Below, one piece after another: positions 1-8,893 of a stretch of DNA of 64,000 nucleotides (within the stretch, counting starts at the first letter, position 1; each line of letters starts with the position of its first letter). Source of the DNA: Candidatus Woesearchaeota archaeon (GTDB lineage Archaea; Nanobdellota; Nanobdellia; SCGC-AAA011-G17; PNOQ01); contig CAYYUK010000001.1 of the NCBI GenBank assembly GCA_964474895.1, positions 13,994 through 77,993 on the forward strand, written 5' to 3'. A model generated the notes under the pieces. It was not told the DNA's origin. It saw nothing but the letters and a program-made list of their open reading frames with translations, and made no database searches. The position numbers and the translations under genes were made by a program.

Positions 1-15
1 TCAAATTTTGCCATT

Positions 16-405
16 TTATCTTCCCTTCATCATTACTTTCTGCCCGATTATTATCCAATATGTTATTGAATCTCCTTCTTTTACCACTTCTTTTAATTCT
101 TTTGGTATTTTTAAATCAAAGGTTTCATATGTTTTTGCATCCATTACGTTTGCAGTGTCTCCCTGTATTGAAAGTATTTGTGCTCCTTCTTTTTCTATTA
201 TTGGCACCTCAACTTTATCATGGCCGGGGTAAACTTTTATTATCTTTGATCCGTCAATTAGACCAACTGCAGATATCCTTGCTTTTGCATGTCCATGTTT
301 TCCTGTCTTTGATATTTGCATGTCTGTTATCTTACATGCCTTATCATCAAAGATGACAAAACCACCAACTTTTAGACCAGATACTTGTGCTATTTTTTTA
401 TCCAT
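16..405 (-). CDS. eif5a: translation initiation factor 5A (aIF-5A)
   Basis: Contains the hypusine-loop motif SKTGKHGHAK; length is typical for archaeal aIF5A. Confidence 0.85.
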   Translation of the reverse strand: MDKKIAQVSGLKVGGFVIFDDKACKITDMQISKTGKHGHAKARISAVGLIDGSKIIKVYPGHDKVEVPIIEKEGAQILSIQGDTANVMDAKTYETFDLKIPKELKEVVKEGDSITYWIIIGQKVMMKGR

Positions 406-456
406 TGCTAATTCATGGAGCTAGTTTGTTTTTAAGTTTTTCTAAAATATTGCCCA

Positions 457-1218
457 TTATCTTTTTGCCACTTTCCACATATCTTCAAAGAATTTCAAAT
501 AACTATTGGCAACATTTTTGTCTTTAATTAAAAATAAAATTGGTTCTTCTGTCCAAACTATGATTCCAACTTTGTCTCCTTGAATATTTGTTTCTGTTAG
601 AGGTTCAAAATCTTTATCAAAATATTTTACAAGGGTTAACTTGTTTACTATCGTTTTTCCATAATTTTTTATAGATGGATTAAATATCATTCTTGCCTTA
701 ACTTTTCTTTCCATTCTCTTTATATCATAATTTTTCCAAAAAGTTTTTCCCATGACTTCAATAGAGTCTTGTGGAGCTCCAAAAACTACGTAGTCAGTTC
801 CTTCCAATGTTTCTTTATAGAATGCTCTTATTCCTTGTTTTCCCCTGTATATTGTTGCTTCTTGTTTTTCTAAGCTTTGTTTTGCAATCTTTTTTATTTC
901 GTTTGATATTTTTTTTGCTTTTTCTTTAGTTTTTTCAGTTTCTTTTATTTTTTCTTCAAATATGTCTACTAAAATTTCTGGAGAAGCAATATGAAATATT
1001 TTTTTATTTCCTTCTACAATAAATGTAATTAAACCTTTGTCTATTAATTTGTCTAAGTTATCGTATACAATATTTTTATGGAATTTTGTGTCTTGTATTA
1101 TCCTATGGGCGTCTGCATTTTTGAATTTGATTAGTGAAAGATATACTTTAGCTTCATTTTTGTTGAATCCTAATTCCATTAGTTCTTTTGTGTTCATAGT
1201 AGTCATAATATGTGACAA
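457..1218 (-). CDS. TrmB-family HTH transcriptional regulator
   Basis: N-terminal winged HTH resembling TrmB (LGFNKNEAKVYLSL...); rest of protein uncharacterised. Confidence 0.5.
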   Translation of the reverse strand: MSHIMTTMNTKELMELGFNKNEAKVYLSLIKFKNADAHRIIQDTKFHKNIVYDNLDKLIDKGLITFIVEGNKKIFHIASPEILVDIFEEKIKETEKTKEKAKKISNEIKKIAKQSLEKQEATIYRGKQGIRAFYKETLEGTDYVVFGAPQDSIEVMGKTFWKNYDIKRMERKVKARMIFNPSIKNYGKTIVNKLTLVKYFDKDFEPLTETNIQGDKVGIIVWTEEPILFLIKDKNVANSYLKFFEDMWKVAKR

Positions 1219-1240
1219 CTAATATTTAAATGTTGTTCTT

Positions 1241-1627
1241 TTGCTATCTTGGAGTAATGAAATTGGAGAAAAAATGGAAAAACAAAATGAAACAAGTTTC
1301 ATCAGAAGAAATAAAATAAACCGCATCAGAGATGGAATATATAGTTTATTGGCAATTGGGGCCTTAACAACTTGTTTAGCAGCAGGGATCAGTCATTGCA
1401 ATCCTGCTGGGCGTAACAATGAAATAGATAAAGTTTTTTTAGCAGAGGTAACTGGAGATTCGCTTTTAGATTCAATCGTAACTACCGAATCAGGGAATTA
1501 TGAAGTATTTGTTCAATTACCCGAAGGAAACTTTGCTCAATTTAATGATTTGGATACTTCTAGATCTCCAATCTCTAACGAGTATAGAAAGTTTGTTCAC
1601 AAAAAAGTTATGGGGGCAATTTATTAA
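1241..1627 (+). CDS. hypothetical single-pass membrane protein
   Basis: ORF with one N-terminal hydrophobic helix; tandem with two similar small genes. Confidence 0.4.
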   Translation: MLSWSNEIGEKMEKQNETSFIRRNKINRIRDGIYSLLAIGALTTCLAAGISHCNPAGRNNEIDKVFLAEVTGDSLLDSIVTTESGNYEVFVQLPEGNFAQFNDLDTSRSPISNEYRKFVHKKVMGAIY

Positions 1628-1629
1628 AA

Positions 1630-2019
1630 ATGGGTGAAGTAATAGATATACTAAGAAAGGGAGCATTTTCTTTGTTGGCATTGGGGTTGGTGGCAACAGT
1701 TTATTACTCTGTTATTTCCCCTAATCTTAAAAAATTAAATTCAGTTCCAGTTTTTAATCCTTCGGAAATATTGCCCGGGCAAGTTACATTAGACTCAAAG
1801 ATTGATACATATACTTGGAGCGATGAACTAGCTTTTCACGGAGTAGATACTTCTGGTAGATCCGATATTTATTTTGTTGATAGCGGTTATAATGGATCCT
1901 TGGATTATGTACTTGTACAAAATAGTGAAGGCAAACATGTTGTTGATAGAGATAATCCTTACTTTTCAGAGTGGAATGAAAAATTCTTAGAAATGAGAGA
2001 AAGAAGGTTTGGTGAATAA
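1630..2019 (+). CDS. hypothetical single-pass membrane protein
   Basis: ORF with N-terminal TM helix; starts 3 nt after stop of previous gene. Confidence 0.4.
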   Translation: MGEVIDILRKGAFSLLALGLVATVYYSVISPNLKKLNSVPVFNPSEILPGQVTLDSKIDTYTWSDELAFHGVDTSGRSDIYFVDSGYNGSLDYVLVQNSEGKHVVDRDNPYFSEWNEKFLEMRERRFGE

Positions 2020-2533
2020 AATGAAACTTGAAAGAAAAGCTAGAGGGGACAATGTTAAATTCTCCAAGGATGATTGGATACTTTCTCTTGGTTTATTGTT
2101 CATACCTGTAGCTTTTGTTAGTATCTTTAGTTATATTCTTAGCTCTCCACACAGGCAAGATTCTTATCTGGCTGAAAAAAGAGAAGCAATGCTTCAGTCA
2201 ATTGAATCTGAAACCCAATTAGAAGAGGACTGGATATATTTAGATAGATTATTTCAAAAACATCTAGAAGATAGTCTTTCCCTGAGAGATTCCCTGAGAG
2301 ATGGGAAATTTTCGTATATGGATTTATTTAATGATTGGAAAGAAAATGCAGAGATTGTAAATGCGAGATCTGAATTTTTTTTATATGATATACGTAACCA
2401 ATACTTAGAATATAACCCTTCATTTAGAGATTCACTTAGTAATGGAACTGCATCTTATGGAGATTTAGATGAGCGGTGTATGGATTATCTGGAACATCTC
2501 AATGATGGAGTAAATTTCAACAGAGGACGATAG
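2009..2533 (+). CDS. hypothetical single-pass membrane protein
   Basis: ORF with N-terminal TM helix; overlaps the previous gene by a few nt. Confidence 0.4.
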   Translation: MVNKMKLERKARGDNVKFSKDDWILSLGLLFIPVAFVSIFSYILSSPHRQDSYLAEKREAMLQSIESETQLEEDWIYLDRLFQKHLEDSLSLRDSLRDGKFSYMDLFNDWKENAEIVNARSEFFLYDIRNQYLEYNPSFRDSLSNGTASYGDLDERCMDYLEHLNDGVNFNRGR

Positions 2534-2598
2534 AGTTGGAGAATAAAAAAATTTTGATAATTAGCAACATTTAAAAGTGGATTTGTTTCTCGCAATTT

Positions 2599-3267
2599 AT
2601 GATAACGATAAAGGAAGGCGACTTTATAGAAATAGAGTACACTGGTAGAATAAAAAATAACAATAAAGTTTTCGATACTACTTTAGAAAATGTTGCTAAA
2701 AAGGAAGGGATACATTCTAAGGGTGCAACTTATGGTTCAAGAATTATTTGTATAGGAAATTATCATATTTTGAAAGGATTGGATGATAACTTAAAAGGAA
2801 AAGAGATAGGAAAGGAATATACTTTTGATATTGATATGAAAGATGCATTTGGCAAGAAAAATGCAAAATTGATTAAAACTGTTCCAAGTTCTTTGTTCAA
2901 GAAGCAGAAAATGAATCCATTTCCTGGCTTGCAAATAAATGCTGATGGCATGATGGGGGTTGTTAGAAGTGTTGCTGGAGGAAGGGTTCTAGTTGATTTT
3001 AATCATCCTTTGGCTGGTAGAGAATTAGTCTATTATGTTAATGTCATAAAAAAAGTTGATGATGAGAAGGAACAGATAAGTTCTATTTTAATGGTTGAAC
3101 TTGGTTTAAAGAAAGATATGTATTCCTTGGAATATAAAGATGGAGCTGTAGAAATCAAGACTAAGATAAAGATTCCTGATGAAATACAGAAAGTCTTTGC
3201 CGATAGGGTGAAAAAGCTAGTTAAAGGCCTTAAAAAGCTTAGCATTGTAGAGGAAAAAAAGAAATAA
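2599..3267 (+). CDS. FKBP-type peptidyl-prolyl cis-trans isomerase (long archaeal type)
   Basis: N-terminal FKBP signature GDFIEIEYTGR...VFDTT; about 220 aa like archaeal FKBP26/29. Confidence 0.7.
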   Translation: MITIKEGDFIEIEYTGRIKNNNKVFDTTLENVAKKEGIHSKGATYGSRIICIGNYHILKGLDDNLKGKEIGKEYTFDIDMKDAFGKKNAKLIKTVPSSLFKKQKMNPFPGLQINADGMMGVVRSVAGGRVLVDFNHPLAGRELVYYVNVIKKVDDEKEQISSILMVELGLKKDMYSLEYKDGAVEIKTKIKIPDEIQKVFADRVKKLVKGLKKLSIVEEKKK

Positions 3268-3328
3268 CCACTCGAGAATAAATAAACTTAAAAGTTGTTG
3301 GGCACTTCTTCCAGCAAATCAGTTAAGG

Positions 3329-4453
3329 GTGTTATCAATGGATTCTATAATAAGAAATGTTAATTTGCAGGAAGAATCTGCTTCCGAGCCAACTCCTAGA
3401 AAGTTAAGTAATATTGATGAAGAATTAGAAGAAATTTTATCCAGGCAAAGAGCCAGGATTAAAGTTATTGGTGCAGGTGGAGCTGGAAATAATACTATTA
3501 ACAGAATAAGTGAAGTTGGAATTACTGGTGCTGAAACTATTGCTATAAACACAGATGCACAAGATTTGCTTTATTGTAATGCTTCTATGAAAGTTTTAAT
3601 TGGAAAAGATATAACTGGTGGTTTGGGTGCTGGAAGTATCCCCCAAGTTGGTGAAGAGGCTGCCAGAGAAAGTGAACATGAACTTAGAGATGCTATAAAG
3701 GGTTCAGATATGATATTTATCACTTGCGGTTTAGGTGGTGGTACTGGTACTGGTAGTGTCCCTGTTGTTGCAGATTTGGCTAAGAAGTTGGGTGCTCTGA
3801 CAGTTGCCATTGTTACTTTGCCTTTCCAGATGGAAGGAAATAGAAGATATCAAAATGCTATTTATGGATTGGAGAAATTGGAATCCATTGTAGATACATT
3901 AATTGTAATTCCTAATGAGAAATTGTTAGAATTGGCTCCTGATTTACCATTACATACTGCATTCAAGGTTGCTGATGAAATTTTAACAAATGCTGTTAAA
4001 GGAATTGCTGAATTGGTTACTAAAGCTGGTTTGGTTAATTTAGATTTTGCTGATATTAGAACAATAATGGGAAAGGGCGGTGTTGCTATGATTGGTATTG
4101 GTGAGTCTGATACTGAAAATAGGGCTGCGGAAGCAGTTGATAAAGCTGTAAATAATCCTTTACTTGATGTTGATGTGTCTGGTGCTAGTGGTGCTTTAAT
4201 TAATGTTATTGGTGGTTCTGATTTGACTCTTGCCGAGGCTAAAGAAGTAGTTGATGACATTGGTGGAAAGTTGGCTGAAGATGCTAGGATTATTTGGGGT
4301 GCACAGATTTCTGAAGATTTGGATAAGACTTTGAGAGTAATGCTGATTATAACTGGTGTTACGAGTCCTCAAATAATTGGTCCAAGCAATAAGAAGAGAG
4401 AAGATAAGAAGAAGAAAGAGATTGAGGAAGAACTAGGTATTGATTTCGTTTAA
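3329..4453 (+). CDS. ftsZ: cell division GTPase FtsZ
   Basis: Tubulin/FtsZ motifs GAGGAGNNTINR and GLGGGTGTG; T7 loop region conserved. Confidence 0.93.
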   Translation: MLSMDSIIRNVNLQEESASEPTPRKLSNIDEELEEILSRQRARIKVIGAGGAGNNTINRISEVGITGAETIAINTDAQDLLYCNASMKVLIGKDITGGLGAGSIPQVGEEAARESEHELRDAIKGSDMIFITCGLGGGTGTGSVPVVADLAKKLGALTVAIVTLPFQMEGNRRYQNAIYGLEKLESIVDTLIVIPNEKLLELAPDLPLHTAFKVADEILTNAVKGIAELVTKAGLVNLDFADIRTIMGKGGVAMIGIGESDTENRAAEAVDKAVNNPLLDVDVSGASGALINVIGGSDLTLAEAKEVVDDIGGKLAEDARIIWGAQISEDLDKTLRVMLIITGVTSPQIIGPSNKKREDKKKKEIEEELGIDFV

Positions 4454-4455
4454 AA

Positions 4456-4662
4456 ATGGATAGAGGTTTACAAATAGGTTATTACATTAACAAAGGATTT
4501 TCTATAGAAAGTATTCCTTTATTTGGTGGGCAAAGAAGAGTTTCTGGTAAGGAATTATGCAACTATGTTGATTGTCCATTGCAGGAAAGAGAAGTTCCCG
4601 TAGAAGAGTGTCTTGGTTGTGACCAATACGATCGTGAAGAAGGTTCTTGTGGTTATAAGTAA
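4456..4662 (+). CDS. small Cys-rich hypothetical protein (possible zinc ribbon)
   Basis: 68 aa with CxxxxC...CxxC...C pattern; tightly packed between ftsZ and secE. Confidence 0.3.
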   Translation: MDRGLQIGYYINKGFSIESIPLFGGQRRVSGKELCNYVDCPLQEREVPVEECLGCDQYDREEGSCGYK

Positions 4663-4728
4663 CGTCCATAGAAACCCTTATAAATCGAGATTTTTCTCTC
4701 ATATTATTAAATTTTCTTTGAATTTATA

Positions 4729-4935
4729 ATGGAGAAAATGGAAGAGCAAAAAAGAAAACGTACAATAGTTGCGAAGATTAAGAGTTTTATAACTCAGTCT
4801 AGAAGGGTTTTTAGAATAACTAAGAAGCCTGGAAAAGAAGAGTTTAGAACTATCGTTAAAGTCACTGCAATAGGTATTGCAATCATAGGTGTTATTGGTT
4901 TTTTAATTCACCTTGTATGGAAATTATTAAGTTAA
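4729..4935 (+). CDS. secE: protein translocase subunit SecE / Sec61 gamma
   Basis: 68 aa, basic N-terminus plus single C-terminal TM; conserved position before spt5-rpl11. Confidence 0.75.
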   Translation: MEKMEEQKRKRTIVAKIKSFITQSRRVFRITKKPGKEEFRTIVKVTAIGIAIIGVIGFLIHLVWKLLS

Positions 4936-4939
4936 AAAA

Positions 4940-5401
4940 ATGGAAACCGAAATTTTTGCATTAAGGACAACAGCTAATAGAGAAGATCAAGTTCTTGATT
5001 TTATATCTTCTAATGTTGATAAGAAATGTCTCGCCGTTTATAGTCTTTTTAGGCCCCACGGACTTAGGGGTTATATTTTTCTTGAGGCTAGATCTAGACA
5101 GGATGCTGAAGAATCATTTCAAGGTGTTCCATATGCTAAAGAATTATTGAAAAAACCATTAGAGTATTCTGAAGTTGAACCAATGTTGGAACAAACAAAG
5201 ACTCAGATGAACATAAAAGATCATGATATTGTTGAAATTATTAGTGGTCCTTTCAAAAGAGAAAAGGCAAAGGTTATAAGAATTGACAAACTCAAGGAGG
5301 AAGTTGTTGTTGAGTTATTGGAAGCAGCAGTTTCAATTCCGATTACGGTTAAGTTAGATTCATTGAAGGTAATTAGGAGAGAGGAAGGCGAAGATGAGTA
5401 A
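4940..5401 (+). CDS. spt5: transcription elongation factor Spt5 (NusG homolog)
   Basis: NGN domain plus KOW motif (GPFKREKAKVIRI); canonical secE-spt5-L11 order. Confidence 0.8.
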   Translation: METEIFALRTTANREDQVLDFISSNVDKKCLAVYSLFRPHGLRGYIFLEARSRQDAEESFQGVPYAKELLKKPLEYSEVEPMLEQTKTQMNIKDHDIVEIISGPFKREKAKVIRIDKLKEEVVVELLEAAVSIPITVKLDSLKVIRREEGEDE

Positions 5402-6071
5402 AGAAACAGTTGATGTTATTGTTGAAGGTGGGAAAGCTAGTGCAGGTCCTGCAATGGGTCAAGCTTTTGGGCCATTGGGTGTAAATATGCAAGCAATTCT
5501 TGCTGAAATAAACAAGAAAACAGAAGGCATGCAGGGTATGAAAGTTCCTGTAAAGGTTACTGTTGATACTAATACTAAGGAATTTGAATTGGAAGTTGGT
5601 ACCCCTCCTGTTTCTGGGCTAATTAAGAAAGAATTAAACTTAGACAAGGGTTCTGGTTATCCGCAATTAGATAAGAAAGGCAATCTGTCCATTGAGCAAG
5701 TTATTAAAATCGCAAAGGTAAAAATGGATTCTCTTTTGGTTAATAATTTGAAATCTGCTGTTAAAACTGTGGTTGGTAGTTGTGTTCCTCTTGGTGTTTT
5801 AGTTGAAGGAAAAATCCCTATTGAGACTGGCAAGGATATTGATGAAGGTAAGTATGACAAAGAAATAGATTCTGAAGCTACTGAAACCAGCGACGAGAAA
5901 AAGAAAGTTCTTGGCGATCAATTAAAAACTGTTAGGGCTCAGTTAGATGAAGAAAGAGAGAAAGTTATGAAAGCTGCCGAAGAGAAAAAGGAAGAATCTA
6001 AGGAAGAAGTTAAACCTGAAGAAGATAAGGAAGAAAAGAAAGACACCAAAACTCCTGCTAAAAAGAAATAG
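5394..6071 (+). CDS. rpl11: ribosomal protein L11 with Lys/Glu-rich C-terminal extension
   Basis: N-terminal L11 signature GPAMGQAFGPLGVNM; about 70 extra charged residues at C-terminus. Confidence 0.9.
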   Translation: MSKETVDVIVEGGKASAGPAMGQAFGPLGVNMQAILAEINKKTEGMQGMKVPVKVTVDTNTKEFELEVGTPPVSGLIKKELNLDKGSGYPQLDKKGNLSIEQVIKIAKVKMDSLLVNNLKSAVKTVVGSCVPLGVLVEGKIPIETGKDIDEGKYDKEIDSEATETSDEKKKVLGDQLKTVRAQLDEEREKVMKAAEEKKEESKEEVKPEEDKEEKKDTKTPAKKK

Positions 6072-6102
6072 TTATAAGTTAATTCTAATTCTCTTTTTTA
6101 GG

Positions 6103-6504
6103 GTGTTAGAACTTAAAGATTTGCGTAATGGTCCTGGAGTTTATTTAGGTCGTGATAGTAGAATTAGAAATGATAAAAGATATCATAGAGTTCTTGCTAA
6201 ATTTGAAGAGATGTACGGGCCTGTTTTATGTTCTGGTTGGAAAGGTGTTTTAGAAAACCTTGGACATAGGAAATTTGATAATTCTTTTATTGGTACTAGA
6301 TATGATGTTTTTCATATGGACGATGGCGTTGTAGTTTTAAGTGGGGTTTATGATGTTGTTCACCATGGTAGACTCGATTTTAGGCATATAGGTCTTAAGG
6401 TTTCTGGACAGTCTCCAACTCATGAAAAGACTATTATGGTTGATTTAGTTGGGTTTATTGAAACTGAGCTTGCTGCAGATAGAGCTGAGCACGGGTTAGA
6501 ATAA
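6103..6504 (+). CDS. hypothetical protein
   Basis: 133-aa ORF with slightly higher GC; no recognisable motif. Confidence 0.35.
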   Translation: MLELKDLRNGPGVYLGRDSRIRNDKRYHRVLAKFEEMYGPVLCSGWKGVLENLGHRKFDNSFIGTRYDVFHMDDGVVVLSGVYDVVHHGRLDFRHIGLKVSGQSPTHEKTIMVDLVGFIETELAADRAEHGLE

Positions 6505-6507
6505 AAG

Positions 6508-6581
6508 TGAGAATGCCCGGATTTGAACCGGGGTCTAGTGGCCCCAAACCACTGATGCTAACCAAGCTACACCACATCCTC
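6508..6581 (-). tRNA. tRNA-Pro (anticodon TGG)
   Basis: Manual fold: acceptor GAGGATG/CATTCTC, anticodon stem AGTGG/CCACT with loop TTTGGGG, T-arm CCCGG-TTCAAAT-CCGGG, discriminator A. Confidence 0.75.
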
Positions 6582-6685
6582 TCTATGATATGCTGCTTTT
6601 GTCCCCTTAATAAATCTTACTTTTATCAACAGAAACCTTTTTAAAAGAATATTGAGCACAGAAGTAAAGTGTTCTTTATACTAAA

Positions 6686-6898
6686 ATGGCAAAGAAAAGA
6701 AAAGGAAGCGCAGGAAGGTTTGGTGCGCGTTATGGTGCAAGGCTTAAAGAAAAGGTTTCTGAAGTAGAAGCCAGGCAGAGAAAACTGTATAAATGTCCTC
6801 TTTGTCATAAACTTAAAGTAAAGAGATTGTCTTATGGGCTTTGGCAATGTGGGGTTTGCAATACAAAATTTGCTGGGAAAGCATATTCGCTTGATTAA
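6686..6898 (+). CDS. rpl37ae: ribosomal protein L37Ae (eL43)
   Basis: C4 zinc ribbon (CPLC...CGVC) and sequence pattern of L37Ae. Confidence 0.88.
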   Translation: MAKKRKGSAGRFGARYGARLKEKVSEVEARQRKLYKCPLCHKLKVKRLSYGLWQCGVCNTKFAGKAYSLD

Positions 6899-6900
6899 AA

Positions 6901-7038
6901 ATGGTAGATTATAAATGTTTTTCATGTGGAAAGAAAGTTTCCGATACTTATGTAAAAAAGAGGATAAGGTGTCCTTATTGTGGTTCTAAAATTCTATTTA
7001 AGCCTAGGACAGTGATTAAAAAAGTAAAGGCGGTCTAA
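6901..7038 (+). CDS. rpoP: DNA-directed RNA polymerase subunit P (RpoP/Rpb12)
   Basis: 45-aa ORF MVDYKCFSCGKKV...RCPYCGSKILFKPR with two CxxC pairs; below the ORF-track cutoff; canonical position after L37Ae. Confidence 0.75.
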   Translation: MVDYKCFSCGKKVSDTYVKKRIRCPYCGSKILFKPRTVIKKVKAV

Positions 7039-7042
7039 AAAA

Positions 7043-7381
7043 ATGTCAGAAAAAATTAGTGAAAAAATGCAAGAAAAGTTGTCAGAATTGCAAGAATTTG
7101 AACAGAAGATGCAAAGTATTGCTATGCAAAAACATGGTTTTCAAACTCAGCTTTTAGAAATTGAAAATGCATTGGGTGAGTTAAAAGACGCAAAGGAAGC
7201 TTTTAAAATAGTTGGCAATGTTGTGGTTTCTGCTGAAAAAGAAGATTTGATTAAAGATCTTACTTCTAAAAAGGAAATTATGGATCTTAGATTTACTAAT
7301 ATTGAAAAACAAGAAAAGAGTTTGAGAGACAGTGCTGAGCAGTTACAAAAGGAAATTATGAGTGACAAAAATGAAAAATGA
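7043..7381 (+). CDS. pfdB: prefoldin beta subunit
   Basis: 112-aa coiled-coil protein with central beta hairpin; follows L37Ae-RpoP as in many archaea. Confidence 0.7.
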   Translation: MSEKISEKMQEKLSELQEFEQKMQSIAMQKHGFQTQLLEIENALGELKDAKEAFKIVGNVVVSAEKEDLIKDLTSKKEIMDLRFTNIEKQEKSLRDSAEQLQKEIMSDKNEK

Positions 7382-7625
7382 ACAGTTGAGTGAAGTAATT
7401 GATTTATTGTCAAGTTTAGAGTCCGATTACTTAATTCCTAAAAATATAAGATTTAAAATAAAAAACGCTCATTCTTTATTGCTTAGTGAGGATCATGCTC
7501 TTTCTATAAGGGTTGATAGGTCAATGCAGGAATTGGATGACGTGGCTGATGACCCAAATGTTCCTGTGGAAACCAAAACTCAGCTATGGAACTTATTTTC
7601 TAAGTTGGAAGCTATCCAACAATAG
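7362..7625 (+). CDS. small conserved helical protein (UPF0147-like)
   Basis: 87-aa acidic helical ORF overlapping pfdB end; a similar small gene often follows prefoldin beta. Confidence 0.35.
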   Translation: MTKMKNEQLSEVIDLLSSLESDYLIPKNIRFKIKNAHSLLLSEDHALSIRVDRSMQELDDVADDPNVPVETKTQLWNLFSKLEAIQQ

Positions 7626-7630
7626 AAATA

Positions 7631-7640
7631 TTTATATATT
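7631..7640 (+). promoter_or_regulatory. TATA box upstream of sepF (tttatatatt), about 30 nt before the ATG
   Basis: AT-rich TATA-like element at the spacing expected for a leaderless archaeal transcript. Confidence 0.4.
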
Positions 7641-7665
7641 TTACAAGATTACCACCCTTGTTAAA

Positions 7666-8070
7666 ATGAGAGATATGTTTTCAAAACTAAAAGATAAGGT
7701 GGTTTCTAGGGATTATTCTTACGAAGGAGAGTTTCCAGACCAGTTTAGCGAGGATTATGTTGAGCTTGATACAGAGTTTAAAGGTTCTAAATCAAAGATA
7801 AAAGTTAGGCCTTTTATTGTTGAAGATTTTGTTGACATAAAACCTGCACTTGATGCTTTAAGAGAGGGATATACCATTGCTTTGATCAACATTAAGCCAT
7901 TGAAAGATAGAGATATGATTGAGTTGAAAAGAGCCGTTGGTAAACTTAAGAAGACTTGTGAAGCTATTGATGGTGATATTGCTGGTTTTGGGGAAGATTG
8001 GTTGGTTGCAACACCCAGTTTTGCCAGTATTCATAGAGACGATGAGCTAGATGGTGCTCTTGAATCATAA
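7666..8070 (+). CDS. sepF: cell division protein SepF (FtsZ-binding)
   Basis: DUF552 pattern ...KVRPFIVEDFVDIKPALDALREGYTIALINIKPL...GDIAGFGEDWLVATP; start placed at internal ATG 7666 after the TATA box. Confidence 0.75.
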   Translation: MRDMFSKLKDKVVSRDYSYEGEFPDQFSEDYVELDTEFKGSKSKIKVRPFIVEDFVDIKPALDALREGYTIALINIKPLKDRDMIELKRAVGKLKKTCEAIDGDIAGFGEDWLVATPSFASIHRDDELDGALES

Positions 8071-8099
8071 TTCTTTTAAATCTTTTTATCTAATTTTTA

Positions 8100-8627
8100 A
8101 TGATGGAAATCTTGAAGAATCAGACTTGTCCAATTTGTGGAAAAAAGAAGTTGGAGCTTAAAGAAGAAGAAAAGAATATAGATGGTTTTGGAAAAGTCTA
8201 TGTTTTATCTATGGATTGTGGTGGTTGTGATTTTTCTAAATGTGATATTGAATCTGAAGAAGAAAGAGAAGGATCTAGCCAAACAATAATCGTTGATTCT
8301 GAGAAAGATATGAAAATAAAAATAGTTAGATCTAGTCTTGGCACTATAAAAATTCCTCAAATAAGAATGAGTATTGAAAGTGGTGAGAGTTCTGAAGGTT
8401 TTATAACTGATGTTGAAGGTCTGATTAGAAAATTTGAAGCTATCGTCGAGAAAGAAAGAGATAGTAGCGAGGATCCAAGTGCTAAGAAAAGTGCAAAGAA
8501 TTTGCTAAAGAAATTGTGGAAGGTTAAGTTAGGGGATGTTCCTTTGAAAATAACTATTGAAGATCCTACTGGAAATTCTGCTATTATTAGTGATAAAGTT
8601 GAAACAAAAAAGTTTAAGAAGAAATAA
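8100..8627 (+). CDS. ZPR1-type zinc-finger domain protein
   Basis: CPICG...(24 aa)...CGGCDF zinc finger followed by beta-rich domain about 170 aa. Confidence 0.45.
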   Translation: MMEILKNQTCPICGKKKLELKEEEKNIDGFGKVYVLSMDCGGCDFSKCDIESEEEREGSSQTIIVDSEKDMKIKIVRSSLGTIKIPQIRMSIESGESSEGFITDVEGLIRKFEAIVEKERDSSEDPSAKKSAKNLLKKLWKVKLGDVPLKITIEDPTGNSAIISDKVETKKFKKK

Positions 8628-8655
8628 AATTCTTAAATTGTTAGGAGGAATAAAA

Positions 8656-8892
8656 ATGAAAAAAATAAAAGTGTATTCGACCCAATCTTGTCCTTATTGT
8701 ACTATGGCCAAGGATTTTTTGAAAGAGAAAGGTGTTGAGTTTGAGGATATAGATGTAAGTGAAGATCAGGCTGCTGCAAAAGAAATGGTTGAAAAATCTG
8801 GTCAAATGGGCGTTCCTGTAATTGATATTGATGGTGAATTAATTGTTGGATTTAACAAGCCAGCTATCGAGAAGGCATTAGAGAAAAGATAA
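8656..8892 (+). CDS. glutaredoxin-like protein (CPYC active site)
   Basis: MKKIKVYSTQSCPYCTMAKDFL... thioredoxin-fold with CPYC; GGAGG Shine-Dalgarno 8 nt upstream. Confidence 0.8.
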   Translation: MKKIKVYSTQSCPYCTMAKDFLKEKGVEFEDIDVSEDQAAAKEMVEKSGQMGVPVIDIDGELIVGFNKPAIEKALEKR

Positions 8893-8893
8893 T

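Noticed and set aside
3862-4260. 132-aa minus-strand ORF inside ftsZ
   Set aside because: It is antisense to a conserved FtsZ region; the Ala/Ser-rich translation is typical of the reverse frame of a Gly/Ala-rich gene.
7513-7665. N-terminal 51-codon extension of the SepF ORF as given in the six-frame track
   Set aside because: It overlaps the upstream gene in another frame. The conserved SepF domain starts after ATG 7666, which is preceded by a TATA box.
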